Assembly: GCA_977030845.1 (NCBI GenBank)
Contig: OZ365110.1
Span: 28,520,001-28,584,000, forward strand
DNA: 64,000 bases
Source: Fimbriosthenelais zetlandica
Lineage: Eukaryota
Direction: 5' to 3'
The notes beneath the pieces were generated by a model that worked only from the letters and a program-made list of their open reading frames with translations, did not search any database and was not told the origin of the DNA. A program made the position numbers and the translations under genes. Below, piece by piece: positions 1-14,965 of the stretch (positions within the stretch are counted from its first letter, which is position 1; each line of letters starts with the position of its first letter).

Positions 1-2239
1 AGTTCCAGCCACGTTCTGCTCCAAGCTTGACGTGGATGGATGAAAATCACTTGCAAGTCATCATAATCTAATACTAGTCGTTCTTCTTTCGAAGGTTTCG
101 CACAGTGTAACAATATGAAGGGTTACTTCCAGAACTTGAAGTGTTTAAAGTGAAAGAAAATGTCTGCAGAACGATATAATATATTGTATTATAGTATATT
201 ATATTATATTTTATTATGTTATATTATTAATAGGATCATCATAAGGAGTCTTGCCTAGTGGACACATGTGCCATATTACAGCTAAAAGTGAACCACACAT
301 GAAATACAGCATGTTCGGTGCTATGTAAATGAGGGGGACGTTGCGGCCTGAAAGTTCCCTACAGACCAGACCACAGCATATTGTCTCAGAACGATGACAA
401 TTATTAATGATTAGCTCCCGACTCGCTCCTCCTGTCAGACGACCTGCTCAACCCTACATATCTACAGCCCACTCTCACCATCCTTCTCCGGTCTCTCCCC
501 CCTTTGGACCTTCCAGACCCACTCCTTCACACTACGTTAAGTATGCCTCATATGATGCCACCAACAAAGGTCCATTTTATACTACTACATGTACTGAGTA
601 CCCACCCTGACTAGACAGGCGTGCAGACACGGGAGTACATTGACGATATTTGCACCTGTCTCTAGTGAACAGGAAAAACTTGACGAATACAGTATATATA
701 CATCAATGTCATTATTGAAGGGCAGGGGTACAGTTCCAGGTCATAGGGTGCACCAATCAAAATGGACTGATGTAAACTGTCAGACAGGATTGGAGAACTA
801 GTGTCACTACAATCAATCAAATATAGCATATTTGACATAGAATTAATTTCTTTCCAAAAAACCGTGTAACATGCTTTTCTGTTGCAACTTTTATGCTATT
901 GTGAATCTCGCTCTCGCCCATATAGCCAGCGGGCATTATTGCTATAGAACCTCCTTAGGGTAAGCTATTGATTATGACAGGCTACTGGGGTGAGATCCAA
1001 CACTAGCACAGAGGTGGGAAAGGGGGGGGGGGGGAGAGAGGTGGGGGCAGGGTGGAATGTGTAAGCACTGACCACAGAGGGGACTGAATGGAGGGCTAAA
1101 TGGCCTGGTCAATATGATTATGACTCATCAATAGAATGACCTCACTAAAGGCGTGACGCTGGGGAGGACCTGGCTGACAGTAATGTCTGCATTGACTACT
1201 ACATCTGGAGAGTCAGTGAGGCTAACAGTAATAAAGATCATTGAATGTCCTATGTATATGTAGTAATGCACATATACGACACGTATGAGATTCGAAAAAG
1301 GGACGAAATATTGATGATTAGAGCAGCTGTTAGGAAACACAGGTGGTTTATATAGTACAATGTATAACAGGATAAATATATCGAGGCAAAGAACTTTGAT
1401 CAAAGCAATTATTTGAATTTTGGACGACCTTAACCTAACTTTTCCTATATTGGGCCTGCAGTAGTACAACCAAATTTTAGCTTTGATTCTTCGGATCACT
1501 ACATGCGTGGCCTTGGACAAAGAAGGACACTGAGGATCCGACCATTCATGTGAGAGCAATATGGGGAATAGAAGGGCGAGGAAGTGCAGCACCTTCATCA
1601 CCAACATCCCCGGTATCCCCCCGAGCAAAGCAAAATGTGCGCCATGTTGTAATGTCCAATTACGAGGTCATTTATTTGCCCGCCTCATCCATAAAGTCAT
1701 CCCTTTAACCGATCACAAAAGCCCACACCTCAAAGAAGCACAAAGGCCAAGCATTCCAGCCAGGCCATGAGCCTGCTCCAGGCGGTCCTAAGATGGCAAG
1801 ATAGCCCCTTAATTCTTACCCCTTGTCCCCATCACTATCCCCCCGATATCACCCCGCACTGCCGTAAAATCTCTTATCAAATCTCAGCTCATGTCAGACT
1901 TTTCAGAGCAAAAAAAAAAGTCATCCTCTAATTTCCAATGGGCCTTGAAGATGTCCAGAAGGACATCATCAAATTAGAAACAGGCGCTGGAATTTTACAA
2001 AAGCAAAGAGGCTAAAGAGAAGAATCTTAGCCAATAACTTTGGCAACAGAGGCCTGTATTATTAAAGTGGTTTCTAATAGAAGAATGGATTTCTGTAAGG
2101 AAATGGCTGCTGTTGTAGTTATCTCACTTTAGAAAAAACGCTCGCCCTTCCCGTAGGGGGCGTAAAAACACAGAGGCTTTATGGTCGTGGCCTCTTTGTG
2201 CCATTCAGCGGCGAGGTACCCAAACTTATAGGAAGAAAA

Positions 2240-2430
2240 TGCAGGGAAGGCTCGAGCCATTGAAAGACTTGTAAAAGTCTGAATAAGATATTAGGCAGAA
2301 GAAGGCAAAGGCTGGTGATAAATTGTATTACATGTGGACGCGGTGCGATCATTAAGCGGCTTTCTTAGTAATGGAGAGAATGGGCTTTGGCAAAAGGGAT
2401 TATCAAACGGCTTCCATTTTCACAAAACAC
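2240..2430 (+). mobile_element. Possible decayed L1/Tx1-type RT fragment
   Basis: RCDH*AAFLVMERMGFGK(G)IIKRL resembles the L1/Tx1 motif RVDHxFLFKVLEKMGFGxxFIKWI; contains stops and a frameshift. Confidence 0.25.
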
Positions 2431-4891
2431 ACCAAATGTGTCTTTTTTGTGTTCCCTTTCAAAATCTCGAATCTGCTGCAGGCAGGCAACGGAAACCTTG
2501 TATGATTTGGTCAATCAATTTCACAGCAACTCAGACAAGAATGACGGATGGCTTGCAAGAGCATGCATGGAAATGTCCAGAGCAATCTAACAATACAGAT
2601 GAATATTGTTGAATTCATACAGGGAAATACATTATGAATGAAAATATCAAAAACATTTTTCATTTCTTCCTTCCATACACCCAGATAAAGTATCTGTTGG
2701 ACATAATTTGATAAAAGTATATATACGAGCCCATGGAACAACGAGGTACATTTTTTTGCTGTGATAGTGTGTATGATCTTCACCCGACCCTATTACACAA
2801 CCATACGCTAAAGCATTGTTGGCTGGGGTTGAGGATCATGATAATTAGGGTATCGTTAGTCAGCTTCAGTATGGTCACATGTTTATGTCATGCCACCCCA
2901 ACCCCCCACCCCGGCCACCCGCCGCAGACCTATTTCCGGTAAGAGTAATGCACCAATCTGACGATCGGAAATTGGCCTGTTTGAGCTCTCCTCATTCCAG
3001 GGGTTAAACATATTAGCCTGGCTGGGTATTTAGCTATAATGTGTCCTTTTAGCTGTAATGTACAACAGAGAAATTACTTGACTCCAATGTTAGCAACTGT
3101 CATTCACCCAACCTAACAAGGGAGCAGCAGAGCTGTATTTAAAAAAGAAATCACATCCAAACAGAAGTGCCAGACACATATTTTACCAGTCCTTTGTATA
3201 CAAGTTTACAACACTAAATCGCCATAAAAATGCCTTTGTACATTTGAACATTTTCTGATCTGGAAAGTCAATGGCAAGTTGAAAGAGAGCCTGCGCCAGG
3301 AGCCAGGTCAATATTGGACCTTTAAAACAACAAGTAGCGACCGACTGACGTTAACGATGCTTATTTACACTGGAAGCATGTTAGTCCGGGCGGAGCGGCC
3401 GCACTCTTACAAGGTATAGCACCAATTACTGGCTAATATGATTAATTATGCAATGATTAAACCACACAATCATTGCTGCTTCCAGCCACCAGCTGAAGCC
3501 TATGTTTGTACCATTCTAATCACTATCTCCTATCTGCCAGGCAAGCTAAGGGGCCACGGTACGGAAGATATTTTACAATTATTTTAACCCCCCCTCCCAC
3601 CCATCACCACCAAAAAACGTAAATGGGAACATTAAAGCATCTAAAATTTGGAAAAGGAATACCATAATTGTAATCTAAAACCTGCATGGATGAAACAAAT
3701 AAAAACAAAACGCTAACATGTATGTGGTGTCAATTAAATCAGTGGGGAGACCTGTAACATTCTCAAGTTTAACTTCTTATATTCCCATCCTGGGATTCTC
3801 ATATTTAATGCACCTGACGCACATTGCATGTATGGTCGTCTCAAAATAACAGGGAATTAATGAAGGAAGTATCTTCTATTTGTCAGAAGAAACTGAAGGA
3901 GGCTCTTTTCTTGTATTCTCCGGTTACAATGAACGTGGGAGGCGGAAGGTTGTGTCATATAGAGGAAAATTACAACAGTAATATGATGAACTGAGACCTT
4001 TTTATTTTGGGCATACATTAAGAAATATTTGTGCTGGAATTAGATGGCATTGTATTTTATAGTCCCATCTACCGACGAAGATTATTTTTATATGACACTA
4101 CATTATTGGGCAGTCTGTTTAATGTTAAAACCAAAGAAATGCGGCACAACCTCATTTCAAATGAGGGTTTACAGCACCTAAGAGCTCGACTAATTATGGG
4201 CCCTATGTAGAACAAGATTTATGACTTCTGGCCTCCTGTGTGGATCGGTGTGACAAGAACTTATGGGAGGAGATTAACTGCGTTATTATTTGCACCTGTG
4301 TATTAAAGTCTACCTGTGTTTGACAAAACAGAAAGTAGCACCTGTTATACAAGCACGGATCAACTCAACATGTAGAATCTCCTTCTTTCATTTATCCATC
4401 GATCCATGTATTCTATAATTTCCATCTTTTGTATCTTTCTAAATATAACATGACGAAGAATAGAAAAAAGGCCCCTCCCCCACCAAATAGCATGCTCTTC
4501 ATTGTGTGGTAATTATATCATAATACTTTGGCACTTTATGTTTACCAGCTGCATGATGGCGATCAATCACGTGACCTCGGTTAGCATTTAAGTGGTCGGT
4601 GAAGGACACACATGACCTGCATGCATGCTCCATATTAGGGAAAGTATTACATATTTGTATCAGAAATAAGGCCATTACATGTACCTCGAAAGGCATTTAG
4701 ATTAACTTCAGATTTAATCTGAATTATAAACATCTACTGAAGCCCTGGGTCATAAATATTCAGATCAAGATCTATACATCAATTCCTCTGACGACATGGA
4801 GGTCTTTAAAATGTATGGTATGGCAAACATCAACAGTTTCTGTAACTAAGGCATATAAATGAGGGCGAGAGGAAAATAGGATACTTAGATA

Positions 4892-4985
4892 CAGGGTTCC
4901 TGCGGTTCTGAGATGATAAAATTTAAGCCTTTTTAAAGACTTTTTAAGACCATTGATCTATACTTTTAAGACCTAAAATCCACAT
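4892..4985 (+). mobile_element. Possible hAT-type MITE end
   Basis: CAGGGTTCCTGCGG start followed by repeated TTTAAGAC/TTTAAAGAC motifs; the matching right end was not found. Confidence 0.3.
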
Positions 4986-7691
4986 TTAATGATTTTAGGA
5001 GAATGAATAGTCGGTAAAATCGCCAGTTAAATCATTGGAAAAATCACCAGTAGTATAATAGGCAAGAAAGTCAAAAAGACCACAACCACAACCAAAAGCT
5101 GTTTTTCCTTTTTCTTGAACCCTTCTTTTTGCCCCTATAATATAGAACGTGTTTCCCCCTTTCCTTCAATCATGTTCTTCTTTCTAGTCTAATTTCTTTC
5201 CTTCCGCCACTGTTTTCATAGTTCATTAAGTATGATTTGTTTCTCATGCCGCGTGCTTCCGTGACAAGCTGATCTTTGATGCATGAAAGGGGAAAAAACC
5301 GTTATGACCGAATAAGGTATGTCCCAATAGTAGATTTGCACATGAGGTGACCTTGCATCCAAGCCGGTTTGGTTGTAATATAAGAACCTCCGCTTGAAAA
5401 TAAATAAGAGGTTACGTAACATACGTGACTAACTTTCTGGGTCAAGGTGTGCAAGGTATAAGACTTGGTACTTTTCCAATTTCCTCTTAATGTTTATGTA
5501 CTAAACAGTCACACAAGCAATTATTGAGTATGAGTTGTAGGATGAGCGATTCAGAGGGAGTTAATATTCAGTGAAATAGAATATATGCGAGGTGTTTTCA
5601 CAAAAGTGGATGAATAGTTATAACACACAAAACACACATTCAGAAACCATGACTCAATGCACTTTGATTAGAGACAAGCCCTTGACCACAAGATAAATAT
5701 TTGAAAGACCATCAGCAAGACAATTGGTCATTCTTAAGAGGCTGATCTTGAGTGTGACATGGGGAAGGGCCACAAAAAACACGACTTTATTTAATGACTC
5801 TTGGCTTTGTTGAAACAAAAAAAAAATGGACACACAGAAACTTGGATTGAAAAATGCAAACTTTCTTCCATTTGGTACCCTCAAAAAACCGTAAAATATG
5901 AAGAAACATTCCCCAATAAATTCCCCCATTTTCACTTAAAGACTATTTTATTTCTAACCTGTGGAGTAGTGACAGAAAATGCGTCTGTCTGAGAGAAAGC
6001 GTGCTGAACTGTTTTTGATAGTCCAGCGTGAGAAGATTACTTTCGCTTCACATGGATAGGACACAATATAGTCACCACCAGCTGTGGTCTGTATAGATCT
6101 TATTCTGCCAAATTCACTTTTAAAGGGCAGGATCTACTGTGCCTACCATCTGCCAACATTATTAGCACAATTAAAGTCTAATTTATTCATACATAATATA
6201 CCCAGTCCATTTAAATTCATCCTATTGATTTATTTCTTATTCCTCAAAATATTAAATGTATTTAGACAAATGAGAAGACATGGATTCGACCACAGTTACC
6301 GAGTGGGTCTGAGGTCTAAAGATATACATGTAAATGTAGGATTGAAGATGCGACTACTGATGCAGGCAAACAGATTGATATTAAGTCCGGGCCAGACAAT
6401 GATATTCATAATTCAAATAATAACCACAACTATAACGACGAAAGGTGATTATAGGTCTGATTTAATCTTCTATTAGTCTACCTAGATGGAATATATAGTG
6501 GTGATAGTTGTCATTATTTCGAAGTCAAAAATAGACAAATGAGCAAGTTTCAAATAATCAGAAAAAGATTATTCTATCGGAAATATATTTCCAAAAATAA
6601 AGGGAAATCATGATTATGGAAATAAAATATTACCAATTTTTCTCCCTACATCAGGTGCAAAGAAATCGTGTTCGTCTGTCAAAGTAATCGTGAATAACCT
6701 TCAACTATTGCACACCGCTTAAACGAGTTCAGTGCCAAGAATTACAGATATGAGACACGTTTTCTTGGAATTGAAAGGTAAGAGGCCTGACATAAGTAGT
6801 AGACGAAACAAGTACAAAAGTACTAGCGATCACTGCTTCCAAGATGGATGCTTGGATGGATGGATGGATGGGTAGGGTCATGCGAGCTTTGAATAGAGAG
6901 GATATGGCTTTAATATCAATATTTCTTGACCGTACACACCATTAAGGAGTGGTTCCCAATAGCTCCTGCTGAATGATTATATTCCCTGGCAGGTATTCTC
7001 AACTTAGCAATGAATGATATAGATACAGGTCATCATTTGGCATAAGGCTGGCCGTGCAGAAAGGAGGAAGTAAAAATACAGCCAGGCGGTAACAGGAAAT
7101 GGGCTTTAATGTCATCGAGCAATGGAAGTCATGGAACTTCATATGAACAAAAAAAAAATGGTTTTTTATTGTGAGTATGTGCTAGGTTATTTATATGCCC
7201 ATTCAAGCATTAAAAACAGACTGACCCAATTAAGTTAGATATTGGAAAATCACTGACCCCCAATAAGCAGTGCGATTATAACAGAACAAAATCAATAGGC
7301 CATTTGATTGCCACATGCAGGCAGCAGGGACGAGGGCCAATTACATTCTTATCTAATCTCCAATAACTTGTGATAAATCGCAATAGAACGGAAAAAATTA
7401 CGAGCCATGTAGGGAAAAAAGAAACGTAACCAATTCTGATCCTTACTAATCAATACGCCGTATATCTGTTTAGCTAAATGACAAATATTAGTGGTGACTA
7501 CACCAAGACGGATGTTATAGTAAATGTACTGATAGTAGCAGTACGAGCGTAGGTCATATGATGTTTAGTCAATATATGATGCAGCAGACTGAGTGTGGAT
7601 TATGCTCATAAGCTGTTATCGACACTCGCTATTTACACGGATAATAGCCTGAAAGTTCTCATGCCATTTTTTCCAATTCGGGATTAAATAT

Positions 7692-8118
7692 AACTGGCAT
7701 CCTGTTCATAACAATGTAATGACCTGCAAAATCTTCATTTCCTAATTCCGTGTACATATAATTACATACAGTGACAATTAGTTTCTGAAGTTCATCACAA
7801 TGAAATGTATAGTATTAAGAGGAGTGATCTATATCAGAGACCTTTATATGGGGTCTCTGTCTATATTAAAATTCGAGTAGAGAATGAGCATTAGCTCATC
7901 CACATCATTCCTCATTTACAAGCGCCAGTAGGAGACCATGGGATGGGTTTATATAGGACGGTATGGCTGGGTGAATGCCAATTAATCAGCGGCTCCATTA
8001 AGGATTAGACAGTATTGTTCGCTGGGGTCCTCATGGCTTCCCCGTCAACAAATTACTGCCAAGCCTGTAATCTAACTGTCTTACGCACGACCCTATAGCA
8101 CAGAGAAACTATGTCTTT
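7692..8118. repeat. Segment A, direct repeat of 20131-20550
   Basis: Near-identical text AACTGGCATCCTGTTCAT...CAGAGAAACT at both sites with small indels. Confidence 0.9.
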
Positions 8119-11029
8119 GTAATATAGGCTGTGCCATGGACAATTTGGTAGTCAACCGTATTAGATTACAGGCCTGCTAAACATATGTGAAGAGTTTGGC
8201 CGCAGTTACTTTGTTAAGTGCAGTTTTATTATGACATTCAGGGTCTCATATCTCAAAAGTGTGAATCTACCAGAGTTCACTTTAAAATGGTGAAAAGCTT
8301 AATGAGGTAAACAATGTGAAGTACTTAGGCTAAGTTAGGGACTCTAATAAAAATTTTAAAATCGTTCTTTTATTTTTTAAATATGACCAAGGGCTGGATG
8401 TGGGGCGGAATTAGACAAAACTTTTTAAATGGAGTGAATATCTTTATCCGTTCAGAAGTTATCGGGGATTGAACGGCCAAAAAATGGACAAGATTTCTCA
8501 CTTTTTTACTATAGGCCAGCGGAGAAGAAATTGGCACGTCACTGTGTAATGAACGTCTGTTTTTTATTCTGTCACACAAACTTTACTTTCCAACCAATTT
8601 TTGTCAAATCTTCAACATATATTCAAATTATCTGGTGCTAAATGATTATGCAAGACTATTTGACCTTGGCGTCCCCTCGTAATATGTAGGTTAAAAGTCA
8701 GTTGTTCTAGAGAATCAATGCTAAAGGACTGCTGTTGAATCAGAAATCTAATAACGGCTTTTACTCTTTCATCTTAAAGCTCCATATTCTACATATCTTA
8801 AGCTACGTATAGGTTTTTGTTTCATCGAGATCGACCCGGTAATTGCTTCAGAATTTAAACTTAAATTAACGCTGTTCTCGGACTAAAATTGTTTGGCCTT
8901 GTGGTGGTCTCACAGTGCAGCGGTCATTCACTTTCTGAGTAAGGCCAGAAAGTTGTATTGTTTGCTTCTGGTTCAACGACTGACCATCATAAAATCGCCC
9001 ATAGAATCGTCGACGTCATCGCCATTCTTTACGGGTTTTAGCCAAAAATAAAAAATCTAAAGTCCTGACTCTCCTCTGAAAAATTGAAATCTACGTTGGT
9101 CTTAAAAATGTTATGTGACCTGAAACAGTACTTTTTTGTTTGGCCTAACTGTAGTAAGCTGGGCCGGTGGTCGAAAAATACATAAAGAATCTATTTGGAT
9201 ATTACACAGACTGCGCCGGTCCTAATACAATCAAAACCGACATAGACATGGAGTAGAAATGTCGAAAAAGGTGTCTAAACCATCAAAACGAACGGCCCGC
9301 TTATATTTACAGAGATTTCGGCGATTAATTCTCGGCTCGGAGCAGAAGCTCGGCTTGCCTATGGCAGTTTAGTGTATTATAGTCAGGAAGCAGAATCTCA
9401 AAAATCGACTTTCGCTAAACATTTTGAGTAGAGATTGCCAACAAGTACTAACATGGAGTATATGGGCTGGGCTTTCTGAAAATGCTTGTTGGCATTCTGG
9501 CATTCGATATTTTGGGTGGTTACCATGGCAACATACATAAAATCTGAAAAATCCGAAGTGATTTTACTTAGGTTTGCATATCTCTGTAGCTATTTTAGGC
9601 AGGATCTTCAAATTTGGAACCCATTGACTAGAGACGATATGCAAAATTTCTATATAGGGCATTTGACCTTTTATGGAGGTCAAGGTCATCTGGGCCAAGG
9701 TCAAACCTAACAATGGGCCTAAAATCGCTTATTTTTCAGTAACATATTTCCCCATTACATTGTGAAAAATAGGAATACACTTTTACTTTTGTGCTCAAAA
9801 ACTGAGGACCCAATAGTACTTTAAAATGATACCCCACTTTATTGGTTAAATCTTATTTGGTTGTCATGGATACAGGAAAATCAGTTAAAAATAGGCTCTC
9901 AGCTAGACAAACGGTAACACTGTAAGAAAGTGGGGGCCATCAATTGATCAAACCTGACCGACTTCTGTTTGCATTGCACTGTTTGGAAATTATAATCAAA
10001 TCATGACATGTGCCATCTACATTATATTTCACACAGTTTCTATGGTGATACATATACCTTTCGTATGGTTTCCATGGTAACAACGGCTGTGAAAGGAAAA
10101 TTTCTGTTTTCCAAACATGTGGTAAGGCTGCACAAAATTAAATAAAATTATGTGCTAAAAACATGACTCGAAACATAGAGGATGACCCACTCTTTATCAA
10201 ATTTCTAGTTGCTAGATACCACAATGGTTACTATGCCAGTAACCATGACAACCATTTCAAAAATTATGTAATTGGAAGAAAACTCAGGAATGGCCCTATA
10301 TTTCCGAAAATAACGTAGATAAAGATTACAAAAAATGCTTTTTATAAGTTGAAATATCAGCCAATCGTTCTAAATTATGTGTTTGTGACCTTTATCCAAG
10401 GTCAAGGTCAAATAATTCAAGGTCAAGGTCAAATAATTCAACGTCAAACTTGAAAACCGGCCCAAATCCGCTTTTCCCCCTGCATAATTCAGAAAATATT
10501 GATAATAGATTTCTCTAACTTTGTATATTAGTAGATGGATCTTCAGCGAAACTTACTAAATTATGTTTGTGACCTTCAGCAAAGGTCAAGGTCACATAAT
10601 TCAAGGTCAAACCTTTAAAAATGGCCAAATCTGCCACATAATTTAGTAAGTATTATGAATAGAGTGTTCAAACTTTGTATGTTAATGGATACATGTTCAG
10701 CCAACAATTTTAAATTATATTTGTGATCTTGCACAAAGGTTGAGGTCGAATAATTCATGGTAAAACATAGAAAAGGCTGCCTAAATCACTCATTTTCATA
10801 TATTATTGTAAATATACGCATGGCAGTTTGCATATTAATAGACAGAAGTTCATATATCAGCCAAAAGCTCTAAATCATGCTTGCGGGCCCAACTAAGGTC
10901 ATGGCAGATTAAAATAAAGGTTAAATCTCGAAAAAAAAGAAAAATAATTCTCATTCTATAATTTAGAAAATGAATATAAACAGAGAATTGAAACTTTGCA
11001 TATTAATAGATGGAATATTGAGCTGGGAC

Positions 11030-13270
11030 GACTGGGTGTTGAGCTGGAAAGGGGATATATTGTGCTGGAAGAGCTAAACCTTGCACAGAAATGGCCATAC
11101 ACCTCAAGCTGGCAATGCCAGATCTTGAGCTGGAAGGACCATGTCTTGGGCAGAAAAGGCCAGATATTGAGTTGGAACTGACGGATCCATCAGAAACCGC
11201 CATATCCCATGCTGGAAGGGATCTTGAGCAGAAAAAGCCAGGTCTTGAAATGGAAGGGTCATATCTTGGACAGGGAGTGCAAGATCTTGGGCAGCATGGG
11301 CCAGATCTTGGACAGGATGAGGTAGATCTTGGGTAGGAAAGGCTAGATCCTGAGTTGGATTGGCCAGATCCTTAGACCGAAAGCCTAGATCCTGATCTGG
11401 AAAGGCCAGATCCTGGGCAGGAAGGATCAGAGCTTGGGCAGGATCAGCTAGATCTTGGGTGGGACAGGCTAGATCCTGAGTTGGATTGGCCAGATCGTGA
11501 TCTGAGAATTCCATATCCTGATTTCGAAGGGCCTGACCTTGGGCAGAAATGACCAGATTGTTAGACTGAAGCATAGATCCTGATCTGGAAAGGCGACATC
11601 CTGGGCAGGAAGGGTCAGAGCTTGGACAGGCAGTGCCAGATCCTGAGCTGGAAAGGCCAGATATTGAGCTTGAATGGTCATATTGTTGACAGGAATGGCC
11701 ATATCTTGAGATGAAAGGGCCAGATATTGAGGTGGTAGGGCCATGTCTTGTGCAGGAAGGGCCAGATATTATGATGGAATGGGCAGATCTTGAGATGGAA
11801 AGGTCAGTTCTTTAGCTGAAAAGGTCAGGTATAGTCAGAAAGGGCCAGGTTTCCAGTCTGGAATGGTCACCATTCCAGCTCAAAAATTGGCCCTTCCTGG
11901 ACAAGATATGCTGACCCGCCTAATATATCTCCCTTTCTGTCCAAAACACAACCCTGTCTGCCCAGTATGTATATAACCCTCCCCAAATGAGATCTGGCCC
12001 TTTTGGTCCTGTACCTAACATTTCCAGCTCAAGACCCTTCTTCAGTTCCTGTCAACTTCCTGGCCAAGGTATGTCCCTTATTGCTGTCCAATACCTGACC
12101 ATTCCAGCTGAAGCCCTGGCCCTTTCTGTCTTATGCCTGACCTTTCCAGCTCAAGATCTCACACTTCTGTCTTAATATCTGGCCTTTCCTGCCCAAGACT
12201 TGGCCCTTCCACCTCAATATCTGGTCATTCCAGCAAAGGATATGACCCTCCCAGCACAGGATAAGGCCCTTCCAGCTCAGGATAGGGCCCTTCCAGCTCA
12301 ACATCTGGACCTTCCATCATATGTCTGGCCTTCCCTGCCCAAGATGTGGCCCTTCCACCTCAATATTTGGTCCTTCCAGCAAAAGATATGACCCTTCCAG
12401 CTCAGGATAGGGTCCTTCCCGTCCAAGATCTGGCCCTTCCAGCTCAACATCTGGACCTTCCATCATAATATCTGGCCTTCCCTGCCCAAGATGTGGCCCT
12501 TCCACCTCAGTATCTGGTCATTCCAGCAAAGGATATGACCCTTCCAGCTCAGGATAAGGCCCTTCCAGCTCAGGATAGGGACCTTCCATCATATGTCTGG
12601 CCTCCCCTGCCCAAGATGTGGCCCTTCCACCTCGATATTTGGTCCTTCCAGCAAAAGATATGACCCTTCCAGCTCAGGATAGGGTCCTTCCCGTCCAAGA
12701 TCTGGCCCTTCCAGCTCAACATCTGGACCTTCCATCATAATATCTGGCCTTCCCTGCCCAAGATGTGGCCCTTCCACCTCAGTATCTGGTCATTCCAGCA
12801 AAGGATATGACCCTTCCAGCTCAGGATAAGGCCCTTCCAGCTCAGGATAGGGACCTTCCAGCTCAGGATAGGGACCTTCCATCATATGTCTGGCCTCCCC
12901 TGCCCAAGATGTGGCCCTTCCACCTCGATATTTGGTCCTTCCAGCAAAAGATATGACCCTTCCAGCTCAGGATAGGGTCCTTCCCGTCCAAGATCTGGCC
13001 CTTCCAGCTCAACATCTGGACCTTCCATCATAATATCTGGCCTTCCCTGCCCAAGATGTGGTCCTTCCACCTCAATATTTGGTCCTATGATCCAGCTTAA
13101 AATAATGCCCTTCCAGTTCAAGATATGATAATTACCCTTCCAGCTCAGGTTGGGGCCCTTACTGCCCAAGATATGGCTCTTTCTGTACATGATATGGCCC
13201 TTACAGCCCAAGTTATGGCCTTTCAGCTCAAGATCTGACACTTTGTGCCCAAGATGTGGCCCTTCCAGCT
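11030..13270. repeat. 21-bp minisatellite in two opposed blocks forming the foldback core
   Basis: Unit about GAGCTGGAAGGGCCAGATCTT on the left (11030-11860) and its complement CTTCCAGCTCAAGATCTGGCC on the right (11870-13270). The orientation flips at CTGGAATGGT-C-ACCATTCCAG (11858-11878). The right block has a 272/293-bp higher-order period. Confidence 0.93.
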
Positions 13271-14965
13271 CAACATCTATTAATATACAAAGTTGCATAT
13301 GTCTATTCATAATATTATGGCATGAAAATGAGTGATACAGGCAGCCTTTTCTCTGTTTGACCTTGAACTAATTGACCTTGACCTTTGCTGAAGGGAACAA
13401 ACATAGGTCACATACATTAAAATTGTCGGCTGAACATGTATCCATTAACATATAAAGTTTGAACACTCTATTCATAATACTTACTAAATTATGTTGGAAA
13501 ATATGGCAGATTTGGCCATTTTTAAAGGTTTGACCTTGAATTATGTGACCTTGACCTTTGCTGAAGGTCACAAACATAATTTAGTAAGTTTCGCTGAAGA
13601 TCCATCTACTAATATACAAAGTTAGAGAAATCTATTATCAATATTTTCTGAATTATGCAGGGGGAAAAGCGGATTTGGGCCGGTTTTCAAGTTTGACGTT
13701 GAATTATTTGACCTTGACCTTGAATTATTTGACCTTGACCTTGGATAAAGGTCACAAACACATAATTTAGAACGATTGGCTGATATTTCAACTTATAAAA
13801 AGCATTTTTTGTAATCTTTATCTACGTAATTTTCGGAAATATAGGGTCATTCCTGAGTTTTCTTCCAATTACATAATTTTTGAAATGGTTGTCATGGTTA
13901 CTGGCATAGTAACCATTGTGGTATCTAGCAACTAGAAATTTGATAAAGAGTGGGTCATCCTCTATGTTTCGAGTCATGTTTTTAGCACATAATTTTATTT
14001 AATTTTGTGCAGCCTTACCACATGTTTGGAAAACAGAAATTTTCCTTTCACAGCCGTTGTTACCATGGAAACCATACGAAAGGTATATGTATCACCATAG
14101 AAACTGTGTGAAATATAATGTAGATGGCACATGTCATGATTTGATTATAATTTCCAAACAGTGCAATGCAAACAGAAGTCGGTCAGGTTTGATCAATTGA
14201 TGGCCCCTACTTTCTTACAGTGTTACCGTTTGTCTAGCTGAGAGCCTATTTATTTCATTTCTCCTCAGGGAGAAATGAAATCAAGTTTTTCACCGCGTTT
14301 CTGTACACTATTATTATTCTTTTTATTATTATTATTATTGTTGTAGTTAGACAAATTTTCAATTGGCTTAAAATCGACTTTCTAATAGAGACAGGAATCT
14401 GGTCTTTGGCACACAGGTAGAGCATGGTCAGAAGATGTCAAATGTGGCAGGATTGACTTTCATGTCATGTCATGTCATGTCATAAAATGACGTCAAACTT
14501 GCATAACTGGAAAAATGTATTGGCTGTTTTTTTCAGAAATATTGCCAACCAAAAATCATGTCACTGGTATCAGGTAACATGTACTTGATGCCCTATCATT
14601 TGGTACCATCATTTGACCTGTGGCCTAATTACTGTCTGTTAATTAGCTAATTAACATGAAATGCAATCACTTAAATGCTATCTACTCCTAGCCTGGTTAT
14701 TCCAGGTGAATGAAAATTGCATTATGGACCCTTTAGAGGCTTCTTGTCATCATGATTAGTTTGATTTTTTAATTGACGTCATAATGACGTCATAATTGAC
14801 GTCTTAACGATGTCATGGCATCTTTGGGTAAAAAATGGAAAAAATGCTTCAAACATGTGAGGGACGGTCATATATGTCCAAATATAAAATATTGTGACTA
14901 TCCATATTTTAATAAGGGTGTTAATTAAAAAAAAAAAAAAAAATTTCAATATGGGAAAAAACAAA

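Noticed and set aside
400-1630. ORFs 407-610 and 1128-1628 as genes or LINE endonuclease remnants
   Set aside because: Only vague resemblance (LYKPP); no splice context or diagnostic residues.
2950-2980. CTGACGA...GAAA as a hammerhead ribozyme core
   Set aside because: No stem II between the core boxes and no matching stems I/III; other CTGANGA hits also lacked proper geometry.
11091-13310. ORFs with heptad repeats such as LPAQDLA and ELEGPDL
   Set aside because: They are translations of a 21-bp minisatellite that is open in several frames on both strands; no splice signals or unique domain.
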